Source of the DNA: Ilumatobacteraceae bacterium
Lineage (GTDB): Bacteria > Actinomycetota > Acidimicrobiia > Acidimicrobiales > Ilumatobacteraceae
DNA: 49,614 bases
Reading direction: 5' to 3'
Assembly (NCBI GenBank): GCA_044374495.1
Contig: JBILOM010000001.1
Span: 1-49,614 of the forward strand
A program made the position numbers and the translations under genes. A model generated the notes under the pieces. That model saw only the letters and a list, made by a program, of their open reading frames with translations, was not told the DNA's origin and did not search any database. Below, piece after piece: positions 25,726-34,527 of this stretch. The first letter of the stretch is position 1; each line of letters begins with the position of its first letter.

Positions 25726-25971
25726 ATGAAGGTATGGATCGATCAAGACCTCTGCACTGGCGATGGCCTCTGCGAAGAAATTGCACCAGACGTTTTTACA
25801 CTTCTCGATGACGGACTTGCTTATGTTCGCGAAGGCGACAAAGTTTTCGCAAAAGCTAAAGGCAATGCCGAAGGCGCAGAAGGACTTGCAAACTTCGACG
25901 ACAAATTGATTGACGCAGTCGTTGAATCCGCCGAGGAATGCCCCGGCGAATGCATTTTTATTGAACCCTAA
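25726..25971 (+). CDS. fdx: small single-cluster ferredoxin
   Basis: 81 aa with MKVWIDQDLCTGDGLCEEIAPDVF ... CPGECIFIE (CxxxxxC ... CP pattern of actinobacterial 3Fe-4S/4Fe-4S ferredoxins). GAAGGGA RBS upstream. Confidence 0.85.
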   Translation: MKVWIDQDLCTGDGLCEEIAPDVFTLLDDGLAYVREGDKVFAKAKGNAEGAEGLANFDDKLIDAVVESAEECPGECIFIEP

Positions 25972-26744
25972 AGGTTCGACCCGATCCAGCGTCCCACAGT
26001 AAGAAACGCTGTGTGGGCAACCATTCGATGATCAGGACGTACAGCCATGCCTTCAATGTGCCATGTGCGGTGAAGAACTTCAAGCGTTCGTTGATCAACC
26101 CAACCTTTGCCCATTGACTCTCGCACCTGTACTGCTTGTGTAATGGACGGCGTATAGGCCACCAGTAGACCGCCTGCCTCAAGAACATGCTGCACACGCG
26201 GTACTACTTGCCAGGGCTCTGGAAGATCAAGCATCACCCTGTCGTATGACCCTTCCAATGTTGCTTCATAGCTGTCACCAAGTGACACGTTGTAGCGCGA
26301 CAAAGCTTCTTCCCCAAGGAACGAACGAACATTTGCCTTTGCTCTGTTCATAAAGTCCTCTCGAAGTTCGAGGCCCGTTATATGAGCTCCATATCGCAAC
26401 ATGGTCATTGATAGAGCGCCAGACCCAACACCAGTTTCGAATACTCGAGCTCCGGGGTAAATGTCCCCGATCATGCACATTGGAGCTAAGTCTTTCGGAT
26501 AGATGACTTGTGCGCCACGTGGCATCTCGATGACAAAGTCTTCAAGTGTGGGACGTAGAACGATGTACTTCGAACCCTTAGTTGATTCAACTGGTTGCCC
26601 CGGGAGAGTTCCGATTACAGACGTATGAGGCACGAAGCCTGCGTGACTGTGGAACTCGCCTTCTTTGTTTAGTTGGATGAGGTAGCGACGTTGTTTCGAA
26701 TCGATAAACAGCGCTTTCTCACCTTCAGCAAATACTCCACTCAT
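25968..26744 (-). CDS. trmI: tRNA (adenine58-N1)-methyltransferase TrmI (Rv2118c-like)
   Basis: RGAQVIYPKDLAPM, VFETGVGSGALSMTMLR, MLDLPEPWQ and AHTAFL are the GCD14/TrmI family motifs. Confidence 0.9.
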   Translation of the reverse strand: MSGVFAEGEKALFIDSKQRRYLIQLNKEGEFHSHAGFVPHTSVIGTLPGQPVESTKGSKYIVLRPTLEDFVIEMPRGAQVIYPKDLAPMCMIGDIYPGARVFETGVGSGALSMTMLRYGAHITGLELREDFMNRAKANVRSFLGEEALSRYNVSLGDSYEATLEGSYDRVMLDLPEPWQVVPRVQHVLEAGGLLVAYTPSITQAVQVRESMGKGWVDQRTLEVLHRTWHIEGMAVRPDHRMVAHTAFLTVGRWIGSNL

Positions 26745-26941
26745 AATGCGTGTTGTCCAGTCTTGGTACTTCGAATTTCCATGGACTCGTCGCGAGAAAG
26801 AACTATTCGCCGTACAGGAGTTACGGCACGTTTAGCTAACCGCACTGCTCCGATAAAAGTTAGGACTCGGCTTAGTAGACGAAATTTCCTCGATTGGCTA
26901 TTAATGATGCGACGTCCGATGAATCGAACAATTGTGCGCAT
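26741..26941 (-). CDS. possible small, very basic protein
   Basis: 66-67 codon ORF (MRTIVRFIGRRIINSQSRKFRLLSRVLTFIGAVRLAKR...). It fills an otherwise 200-nt gap and ends in an ATGA overlap with the trmI start. It has no SD and no recognisable family. Confidence 0.3.
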   Translation of the reverse strand: MRTIVRFIGRRIINSQSRKFRLLSRVLTFIGAVRLAKRAVTPVRRIVLSRDESMEIRSTKTGQHAL

Positions 26942-26946
26942 CAAAG

Positions 26947-27156
26947 TTAGAACCGACGGAATTCAACGCGCGAAGCGCGACGACGACCCTTACGACGACC
27001 GAAGAGGTACGCAAGTATTACAATTACTGTTGCAGCTGCGGAACCAATTGCTATCGCGGACTGTTTCTTGTCTGCAGCACGTCCTTGAATGTCAGCTTGG
27101 AGAGCACGAAACTTGGACTCAAGATCGTCGCGAGAGATACGATTGTTATCAGCCAT
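26947..27156 (-). CDS. small single-pass membrane protein
   Basis: MADNNRISRDDLESKFRALQADIQGRAADKKQSAIAIGSAAATVIVILAYLFGRRKGRRRA: an amphipathic helix, one TM segment and a basic tail. ATG 27156 lies 2 nt after the upstream stop. It is the 3' part of the 142-aa track ORF. Confidence 0.6.
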   Translation of the reverse strand: MADNNRISRDDLESKFRALQADIQGRAADKKQSAIAIGSAAATVIVILAYLFGRRKGRRRASRVEFRRF

Positions 27157-27158
27157 GA

Positions 27159-27509
27159 TTATGAGTCCTTTGCGAGACTGCGTCGAGAGACGCGAGAGAA
27201 TGAAACGGCTACAAGAACGGCCACCACAACAAGCGAGATGAAGTAGTGGACAAAGGACCATGAGCCATCGAGAACAGTGCCACCAAGATCTTGGCTCAGG
27301 CGCAAAACACCGAGCGCTGCAAAAACCAGCGCGAGGCCAAGTGACAAAGCAGCGGTCGATCCAACACCGACCCAACGAATTGCGCCCTTGATCGGTTCTA
27401 GCGTTTCTTGTCGCGCGTACTGCTTTACAGAGGCGGCTAGGTCCCCGACTTGATCAACAGGACCTCTGGCGGGTCGACGAAAGTTGCGAGACGAGTCCAT
27501 GGGTCTCAC
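27159..27509 (-). CDS. two-TM membrane protein, actinobacterial Holin-X-like architecture
   Basis: A charged N-terminus (VKQYARQETLEPIKG) followed by two hydrophobic helices (WVGVGSTAALSLGLALVFAALGVL; FVHYFISLVVVAVLVAV). The layout matches Phage_holin_3_6-type proteins. The assignment is tentative. Confidence 0.6.
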   Translation of the reverse strand: MRPMDSSRNFRRPARGPVDQVGDLAASVKQYARQETLEPIKGAIRWVGVGSTAALSLGLALVFAALGVLRLSQDLGGTVLDGSWSFVHYFISLVVVAVLVAVSFSRVSRRSLAKDS

Positions 27510-27547
27510 ATTCTACGGCTAGCGGAGAGAGATATCCACAGGGCAAT

Positions 27548-28984
27548 TTACGGGGCTAATTGCTCCAGAGACGGCGAAGCCGAGGCTCGGTTCAATACAT
27601 CGGCCAAGGAGTACCAAATGGGGCGATATGCGCCTTGATTGTCGATCCCAGGTTTGTTCATCAATAGAGAAAACATCACTGGGTCAGAGTTCGTGATTGG
27701 AACGTAACCGACGAGAGCCTTTACCCCGTTAAGTGTTCCGGTCTTGCCCCGTAGCTTCCCTGCTACTGAGGTGCCATCGAAAGTGTCGCGAATAGTTCCT
27801 GTCTCACCTGCAACTGCCATCAGATTGGGCATAACAGTTGAGAATGTACTGAGAAGAGACATGAAAGTGTCACAGGAAACTCGTCCGTCGGATGCGAGGC
27901 CTGATCCGTCAAACAGTAGTACGTCCTTGTCTATTTTCCATTTCACCAACTGTTCCTTCACAACTTCAAGACCAGCGGCTGTTGAGCCGATTCCTTTGGA
28001 AGCAAAACCGATTTCCTTAAGAACTAATTCCGAAGTGTTGTTGTCGCTGTTCACCATCAGTTCTTGCACAATCGCAGAAAGTGGTGCTGACTGAATAGAA
28101 GCGATCTCCGGCACATCCGAAGGCAGCACATCGCGACGTGCAAGTGCACCAAATAAAACTCCTCTTGCACTCAATAGATTCTGCAATTCAATAGCTGCTG
28201 AAACGGCCGGATCATCTGGTTTCGTGTTCTGACCCAAAACGACTCCGTCGTCCACCACAAGTGCTCCAAGTGGACCTGCTTCTGTGTAGTGAAATTCATC
28301 GGGCCATACGTCAACAAATCTCAGACTGTCGTATCGAGTGTCAACCCCGACAACTGATCCTGTAACGCGACGTAACCCGGCAGCTACTAATGAATCTGCC
28401 AGTTTTTCCAATGAAGTGCCAGACATAGTGGGATATTTCTCGGAAGCAACGTATTCATTACGAACAATTACTGGGTCTCCCCCGCCGACGAAAAACAAAT
28501 CGGAAACTAAGCCAGCTGCATCCAGAGAACCGAAAACTTTAGTGGAGTAAGTGAACTCTGGTTTCAGCACCTCAAGCGCTACCGCTGCAGTAATCAGTTT
28601 TGTTGCCGATGCCGGAATCAACGCTTTTGAAGGAGTGACAGACCCAAGCCGAGTGCCCATCCAATTGACTGCCACGCAACTTTGGCTAGGAAAATCGGAA
28701 GCAATATTTGCAAATGCTCTCGAAACCTTTCCGGTCCGTGTAACTACCGACAGGGTGTTTGGCGCTCTGCGCGCAGATAGTACAGACACGCGTGGCGCAA
28801 CCGTAACGACGCGGTCAGTTTTATGGGTCACGCGATCTGCAGTTCGTGCCAATGCTAAGTAAGTTCCACCAAGCAATAACAATCCCAAGAACGCAACAAC
28901 TGAAATTGTGCGAACAGGATTAGCTGATTGTCGCGATCGAACGCCGAAACTGTTATTTGCGCGCGACACCGGTATGAACCGCAT
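27548..28984 (-). CDS. dacB: D-alanyl-D-alanine carboxypeptidase/endopeptidase (PBP4, peptidase S13)
   Basis: SxxK (PASATKLITAA), SxN (NSDNNTSE) and KTG (RGKTGTLNG) boxes plus an N-terminal signal anchor. Confidence 0.9.
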   Translation of the reverse strand: MRFIPVSRANNSFGVRSRQSANPVRTISVVAFLGLLLLGGTYLALARTADRVTHKTDRVVTVAPRVSVLSARRAPNTLSVVTRTGKVSRAFANIASDFPSQSCVAVNWMGTRLGSVTPSKALIPASATKLITAAVALEVLKPEFTYSTKVFGSLDAAGLVSDLFFVGGGDPVIVRNEYVASEKYPTMSGTSLEKLADSLVAAGLRRVTGSVVGVDTRYDSLRFVDVWPDEFHYTEAGPLGALVVDDGVVLGQNTKPDDPAVSAAIELQNLLSARGVLFGALARRDVLPSDVPEIASIQSAPLSAIVQELMVNSDNNTSELVLKEIGFASKGIGSTAAGLEVVKEQLVKWKIDKDVLLFDGSGLASDGRVSCDTFMSLLSTFSTVMPNLMAVAGETGTIRDTFDGTSVAGKLRGKTGTLNGVKALVGYVPITNSDPVMFSLLMNKPGIDNQGAYRPIWYSLADVLNRASASPSLEQLAP

Positions 28985-31112
28985 ATCGATAGAGATGTCC
29001 GAGTGCTACTGCAGCGCGGTTGCCACTCGCGTAGCAAAGCCTTCCAGTCTCACGCACTGTTCGCACACCAGAGTTATTAGGGTCTGCAACTGCCAATTCT
29101 GTCGCCAACAGAATCGGCTTGCCAGTTGATACAGAAAGATCATGTGCAGCTTGAGCAAATCGAGAGTCTTGACGTTCGTGGTATTCAACGATTCGGTCAA
29201 GGCCATGGTCTGGATGGAATTGGCCTTCTCTCATAAGTCGGGCTTGATTGGCCTGAATCCCCAAACCTAGGTAGATGACTGCATCGACATCTTTATGTTC
29301 TGCAATCATTGCCATGACTTCAGGAATTGTGTCGCGAGTCTCACCGCCTGCACAGTCAACAGGGTTATTACGACTCCAACGTGGTGGAAGCTTCGTATCA
29401 ATCTGAGCTAGAAGATCTTCTGGCAATGTCATCAATTGCATGGAGCCGTCATTAGCAATTGCGTCGCTCGTTACAACGCCCCATCCGCCAGCCGTAGTGA
29501 GAACGACAACGTTCGGTCCGAGTGGAAGCGGCTGAGTAGCAAATGTTGCTGCAGCTTCAAACGCTTCTTCCACATTCGCAGCTCGAGTGACTCCACCCGC
29601 TTTACAGGCGCCATCAAATATGGCGTCATTGGCTGCTAGTGCGCCTGTATGACTGGCTGCCGCGCGAGCCCCTTTATCTGTAGCACCACCCTTTATTAGT
29701 ACAACTGGTTTGTGTGCAGTAACTCGAGCAAGGCGTTCCATTAACCCACGGCCGTCGCTGATTCCTTCTACATATGTCAGCGCAACTTTGGTTGCTGAAT
29801 CTGTTCCGTACCATTCGACAAGGTCTGCAACGCCAAGTGCCGCTGCGTTTCCTGCAGATACTGCTCGACTGATTCCTACGCCTGTTTGGCGTGCATAGTT
29901 CAAAAAGCTCGATACAAAGTTTCCGCTCTGACTTGCCACTGCAATTGCCCCTGCTGGCGGATACGGAGCAACAATTTGAGCACATAGTTGTGCGGGTGTT
30001 GAAACAACGCCTTGTCCATTCGGCCCAGCCAAAAGAATTCCTAATTCGTCAGCAAGGGCAACCAATTCTGCTTCAAGTTGTCGTCCCTCATCCCCGGCTT
30101 CGCCGTAACCAGCAGATGTCAGGAACGCTGCACCTATTCCCTTTCGTGCGCATGCTCGAAGCAGCTCAGGGTTGGCTGATGCAGGCGTACACACAAACAC
30201 CAAATCGATTGCGTTGCTTGGCAACGAATCGATATCTGCAACTGTTTTGATGCCTAGTACTTCTTCACCTTGCAAGTTGGTTCCGTAGACACCGCCTGCG
30301 TAACCACTTGCCAAAATATTGTGCAAAGAAACGAATCCGAACTTTCCTGGATGCGTAGACGCACCAGCGACTAGCACTCCTCTCGGTTCAAAAAGCGCGC
30401 GGAACTGAGCGTCTGTGTATGGAACCCGCTGAGAAACCATCGAGATGTTTCTTGTTCCCAACTCAACAAGCGCATCTACTGCAACCACGTCACCGTTCTC
30501 GCGAACGATCAGTGGATTCACATCTACAGACACGATGTCGTCACGTTCTATGGCCACCTTCGAGAGACCAACAATTACAGAAATTAGTTGCTGTCTGTTG
30601 ACTGCAGGTTCGCCACGAAAGGCGTCAAGAAGACCTTGCATCCGTAACGAATCAATCATGGCTGCTGCACCCGCTTCGTTCACGGGTGCTGGCCGAAAAG
30701 CAACATCTGCAATTACTTCTGCCATCACTCCACCAACTCCGAGCATCACTGTGGGCCCGAACTGGGGGTCAACGAGCATGCCCGCTATTAGCTCTCTTGT
30801 TCCACTAATCATGGGAGCTACCAGCAAATGAACGTCACCATCGGCCGCAGTAGCTGCAGCTAGCAGGTTTGTTGCAGCTTCGGAAACCGCTGCTGCGTTG
30901 TTTAACCGAAGTCGAACCAAACCACGTTCAGTCTTATGGGCAATGTTGTCCCCTCCAAGTTTGACAACGACGGGGTAACCAAGTTGTTCTGCAGCTGCGA
31001 CTGCGTCTGCGGCTGTAGCTGTCTTTTTCTCGGGGGCAAAGGGAATGCTGTACGACGACAGCAGCAACTTTGAATCAGATTCAGAAAGGGTGGAAGTTTG
31101 CTCAGATGACAC
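28953..31112 (-). CDS. ADP-forming acetyl/acyl-CoA synthetase (NDP-forming family), fused beta-alpha order
   Basis: N-terminal ATP-grasp (LLSSYSIPFAPEK...GYPVVVKLGGDNIAHKTERGLVRL), then CoA-binding/ligase-CoA domains (PRGVLVAGAS...LLAGPNGQG...) with the phosphohistidine loop GARAAASHTGALA. Confidence 0.85.
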   Translation of the reverse strand: MSSEQTSTLSESDSKLLLSSYSIPFAPEKKTATAADAVAAAEQLGYPVVVKLGGDNIAHKTERGLVRLRLNNAAAVSEAATNLLAAATAADGDVHLLVAPMISGTRELIAGMLVDPQFGPTVMLGVGGVMAEVIADVAFRPAPVNEAGAAAMIDSLRMQGLLDAFRGEPAVNRQQLISVIVGLSKVAIERDDIVSVDVNPLIVRENGDVVAVDALVELGTRNISMVSQRVPYTDAQFRALFEPRGVLVAGASTHPGKFGFVSLHNILASGYAGGVYGTNLQGEEVLGIKTVADIDSLPSNAIDLVFVCTPASANPELLRACARKGIGAAFLTSAGYGEAGDEGRQLEAELVALADELGILLAGPNGQGVVSTPAQLCAQIVAPYPPAGAIAVASQSGNFVSSFLNYARQTGVGISRAVSAGNAAALGVADLVEWYGTDSATKVALTYVEGISDGRGLMERLARVTAHKPVVLIKGGATDKGARAAASHTGALAANDAIFDGACKAGGVTRAANVEEAFEAAATFATQPLPLGPNVVVLTTAGGWGVVTSDAIANDGSMQLMTLPEDLLAQIDTKLPPRWSRNNPVDCAGGETRDTIPEVMAMIAEHKDVDAVIYLGLGIQANQARLMREGQFHPDHGLDRIVEYHERQDSRFAQAAHDLSVSTGKPILLATELAVADPNNSGVRTVRETGRLCYASGNRAAVALGHLYRYAVHTGVARK

Positions 31113-31172
31113 GACTACATACGGTAGTCAGTAACGAAGCCGAAAGACGGGTGCTTGGGCCCATCAGCGTCT

Positions 31173-31946
31173 CTACGCCACGTGAGCACATACTGCGGAG
31201 GCAATTTCAGTCGGTAATTCTCCGATTACGAGGTGCCCAGCGGGTAATTCAAGAAGCGTCGCCCCTCTCACAGTCGCAGCAATGTGACGTGATTTAGAGA
31301 TATCAACCCATCGGTCTTCGATGCCGCCTATTACGAGGCATGGAGCAGTGATGCGTCCCAAACTGCGCTCAATATCGATACGAATATCCAGTTCAAGTTG
31401 AGCATCAGACCCCGGCTGCACTGCGGCAGCTGCCATTCCCACCACAACGTCAAACATTGGTTCGATTACTTCAAGCCCTGCTGCCGTATAACCATCTGCC
31501 AACGCGTAACGCATAAAAAGTTCGCGATCAATCGCAATCAAGCGACGCCACAAATCGAAGGTGACTTTCATTCGTGCGTCGGTTTGTGACCATCCGCACA
31601 AAGACGTGACAGTGATGACGGAATCTGAAAAATTTGCGGCACATTGCAATGCTGCTACCGCGCCAAGTGAGTATCCGATCACATGAAATCGTTCATGTCC
31701 CAGATGGTTCATCAATGCAACGGCATCGGCTACCACCACGTCGAGATCAATGGGGCCATCTGGCATTCCAGATTCCCCAGAACCCGGGAACTCAAAGGTG
31801 ATCCATTGAAAGCTTGTTGAACACGCTTGCTGTACTTGAGCCCAAGCATTTGCTGCTTGTGTAGTGCCGTGAAAAGCAAGAATGGGAATCCCAGAGCCTT
31901 CAGACGAGAAACCAATAGTGCGACCGTTGTTAATCCAGGTAGACAT
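31173..31946 (-). CDS. alpha/beta hydrolase
   Basis: ILAFHGTT oxyanion region, nucleophile elbow VIGYSLGAVAAL, and a C-terminal GHLV catalytic His region. Confidence 0.8.
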   Translation of the reverse strand: MSTWINNGRTIGFSSEGSGIPILAFHGTTQAANAWAQVQQACSTSFQWITFEFPGSGESGMPDGPIDLDVVVADAVALMNHLGHERFHVIGYSLGAVAALQCAANFSDSVITVTSLCGWSQTDARMKVTFDLWRRLIAIDRELFMRYALADGYTAAGLEVIEPMFDVVVGMAAAAVQPGSDAQLELDIRIDIERSLGRITAPCLVIGGIEDRWVDISKSRHIAATVRGATLLELPAGHLVIGELPTEIASAVCAHVA

Positions 31947-31978
31947 GGCGCAACCGTATCGGATTTGATAACTGCGGT

Positions 31979-32599
31979 CTACGCCACAAGGGCTGCACGA
32001 AAAAACGCGACCACGTGGTCACAATGGTCACGCACGTTTTCGGGGGTCAGGGCTTGATCATTGAGAAGTTCGTCTATGAACGGTGCATCTGAGAAGTAGG
32101 TCAGAATTGCGCCGTATCCCGTGATAATCAGGTGTTGGGCGTTGTGCCTGCGAAAGTGACCGGCATCCATTTCTGAAGTGAAATATGCGCACGCACTATC
32201 AAAAAGTGGTCGCAAGAACCCAGAAAGGTCAACACCAACGTGGACTCCACTATCAAGAGCTTCTCGTCGCATGATTCGTACATAGTCAGGGGTACGTGCA
32301 AACAAATCGAAACCGGCACGAATTACAAGTTCAGCTTTGTCCCACCCTGATGCTGGCGAGGACATTGCCACCTCGAGACCCTCAAGCCATTCCGACAAAA
32401 GCATTTCGAAGACGTCTGTATACAGAGCTTCTTTGCTAGGAAAATGATGAAGCAAACTTGGTCGTCTAATTCCGACGCCAGCCGCTATGTCGTTAAGAGA
32501 TGTGCCTTCATAACCTCGGTCAGCAAAGCAGTGCAAGGCCTCATCAAGGATGAGTTCCCTTGTGCTCTTGAAACTGCTTTCTTCTGTTACGTCGGACAC
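31979..32599 (-). CDS. TetR/AcrR-family transcriptional regulator
   Basis: N-terminal HTH TRELILDEALHCFADRGYEGTSLNDIAAGVGIRRPSLLHHFPSKEALY. GTG start. Divergent from the desaturase gene. Confidence 0.9.
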   Translation of the reverse strand: MSDVTEESSFKSTRELILDEALHCFADRGYEGTSLNDIAAGVGIRRPSLLHHFPSKEALYTDVFEMLLSEWLEGLEVAMSSPASGWDKAELVIRAGFDLFARTPDYVRIMRREALDSGVHVGVDLSGFLRPLFDSACAYFTSEMDAGHFRRHNAQHLIITGYGAILTYFSDAPFIDELLNDQALTPENVRDHCDHVVAFFRAALVA

Positions 32600-32625
32600 C
32601 TTTTCAATTTACCGTCATTTCCGCC

Positions 32626-32643
32626 CTACCTACCAGTAGGTAG
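32626..32643. promoter_or_regulatory. palindromic candidate TetR operator in the tetR/desaturase intergenic region
   Basis: CTACCTAC-CA-GTAGGTAG has perfect 8-bp inverted arms. It lies 26 nt from the tetR start and 17 nt from the desaturase ATG. Confidence 0.55.
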
Positions 32644-32660
32644 CCAGTTAGTGTGTCGAT

Positions 32661-33422
32661 ATGAGTTCAATTCTTTCCAGCGTCCTAACAGCGTTCGTGG
32701 TGGCAGCAGTTGTTTGCACAGCCGCCAACACATGTACGACTGTCTATTTGCATCGTGCCCTCAGCCATCGTGCACTGACGATCAGGCCCTCAGTCGCAGT
32801 GTTGTTCCGCGCAGTGTTGTGGCTCTCTACCGGAATTAAGCCGAAGGAATGGGTGGCAGTACACAGAAAACATCATGCGTACACAGATGTTGATGGTGAT
32901 CCACATTCCCCTGTTTTGCTCGGATGGAAGAAAGTTCAGGCAAAGAATGTCGCTTTGTATCGCGCAACAGTGCTCGACCCGACAACCATCGACCGTTATG
33001 CCAAAGACTTGCCAGATGATCGATGGGACAAGATTTTCTTTGGACACAACAAGACTGGGTTGCTCTCTGGCATCGCAATCTTGATGATTGTGTTTGGTCC
33101 GTGGACTGGATTACTTGCTGCCTTTATTCATGCCAATGTTTATTTGGCTAGCAATGCCGCCGTCAATGCACTTGGTCATCATTTTGGACGTCGGCCCTAT
33201 GACAACCGTGCAACAAATCTGCAATGGTTGGCTTTTTTCACAATGGGAGAAGGGCTTCACAACAACCATCACGCGGCACCGTCATCTCCTCGTTTGTCTC
33301 ATAGATGGTTCCAAATTGATCCAGGTTGGTGGGTAATCAAGGCGCTCGCCACTTTGCGACTAGCAACGGTTCGTTTTTCAGACATTCGTCTGACTGCAAC
33401 GGCCAAGGCATCGTTCAACTAA
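32661..33422 (+). CDS. membrane acyl-CoA/acyl-lipid delta-9-type fatty acid desaturase
   Basis: Three His boxes, HRALSH, HRKHH and HNNHH, with TM segments between them. At 253 aa it is short for the family. Confidence 0.85.
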   Translation: MSSILSSVLTAFVVAAVVCTAANTCTTVYLHRALSHRALTIRPSVAVLFRAVLWLSTGIKPKEWVAVHRKHHAYTDVDGDPHSPVLLGWKKVQAKNVALYRATVLDPTTIDRYAKDLPDDRWDKIFFGHNKTGLLSGIAILMIVFGPWTGLLAAFIHANVYLASNAAVNALGHHFGRRPYDNRATNLQWLAFFTMGEGLHNNHHAAPSSPRLSHRWFQIDPGWWVIKALATLRLATVRFSDIRLTATAKASFN

Positions 33423-33443
33423 AGACCCAACTACATTTTTGTC

Positions 33444-34526
33444 GTGTCACTTGAGATCACTTGTCAGCAGTTCTTTGACGGAACAATCCTTCACGGTCCC
33501 ACCAGAATCAGCGTGGCTGATGACGGATTGATTGTTTCTCTTAGCGAGCATGCTGGCGATTGTGATTTTCCCGTGGTTAGTCCTGGATTCGTCGATGTGC
33601 AGATGAACGGCTTTGACAACGTGCATGTTGCCAACGCGACTGCTAATGATTTAGTGGAACTAGACAGAGCCTTGTTCGCTAATGGAACCACTACTTGGTT
33701 GGGAACCATAGTTACAGCCCCGCTTGACAAGATGTCACTTTCTTTGGCTTCGCTTCACCAATCTTTTCTTTCAAAACAGATTCAAGGTTTTGCCGGAATA
33801 CACGTGGAAGGGCCATTTCTTGGCGCAGCCCCTGGGGCACACCCTGTGAAACACATCATCGCTTGTGACCTGGATTGGATATCGCGCCTCGTCCCTTCCG
33901 TACGCCTCGTGACAGTTGCCCCCGAACAAGAAAATGTAATTACTGCAATTCATGAACTGCGCGCGCGCAACGTCACTGTGTCGCTCGGTCACTCACGACC
34001 TACTAAGAGCCAATACGAGGCGGCGGTAACTGCAGGGGCAACTATGGTCACCCATCTGTTCAACGGAATGAGTGGAGTTCACCACCGAGATCCTGGCCTC
34101 GCAATGTGGGCACTAACAGATGATCGCGTCTCTTGCGGGTTGATAGCTGATGGCGTCCATGTACAACCAGATGCAATCGCATTGGCATTTAGGGCAGCGC
34201 AATCTCGAATCTGTTTGGTGTCGGATTCAGTCTCGTGGCGCACTCAGTCCGATTCGAGACCCGGAGTAGAAATACGCGACGGAGCACCACGATTGCCAGA
34301 CGGCACCCTTGCGGGCTCGTGCACCCCGCTCTCACAATGCGTACAGCGTGCAGTTCGAGAATGTGGCGTCTCAATTGGCACGGCTCTCGAAAGCGCTACG
34401 TCCATTCCAGCTGACTTAGCCCGTTTGCCAGACGTCGGACGAATTCGAGTGGGTCAAAAGGCAGACCTTCTCGCGCTTGATTCCGAACTTTCCGTTCTGA
34501 AAGCCTGGCGCCGATTACCATCATGA
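33444..34526 (+). CDS. nagA: N-acetylglucosamine-6-phosphate deacetylase
   Basis: GFVDVQMNG, IHVEGPFL, VSLGHS, THLFNGM, LIADGVHV and LVSDS follow the NagA motif order (E. coli-type QxNG site). GTG start. Confidence 0.85.
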   Translation: MSLEITCQQFFDGTILHGPTRISVADDGLIVSLSEHAGDCDFPVVSPGFVDVQMNGFDNVHVANATANDLVELDRALFANGTTTWLGTIVTAPLDKMSLSLASLHQSFLSKQIQGFAGIHVEGPFLGAAPGAHPVKHIIACDLDWISRLVPSVRLVTVAPEQENVITAIHELRARNVTVSLGHSRPTKSQYEAAVTAGATMVTHLFNGMSGVHHRDPGLAMWALTDDRVSCGLIADGVHVQPDAIALAFRAAQSRICLVSDSVSWRTQSDSRPGVEIRDGAPRLPDGTLAGSCTPLSQCVQRAVRECGVSIGTALESATSIPADLARLPDVGRIRVGQKADLLALDSELSVLKAWRRLPS

Positions 34527-34527
34527 G

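Noticed and set aside
25556-25786. 76-aa minus-strand ORF spanning the lepB-fdx spacer
   Set aside because: Its start lies inside the ferredoxin coding region. Only a shorter 50-codon version fits in the spacer, and I list that merely as a possibility in the findings.
26947-27375. 142-aa ORF as listed in the track
   Set aside because: Its first 73 codons overlap the 116-aa two-TM gene in another frame and are Cys/Trp/Arg-rich nonsense. Only the part from ATG 27156 (69 aa, MADNN...) looks like a real gene.
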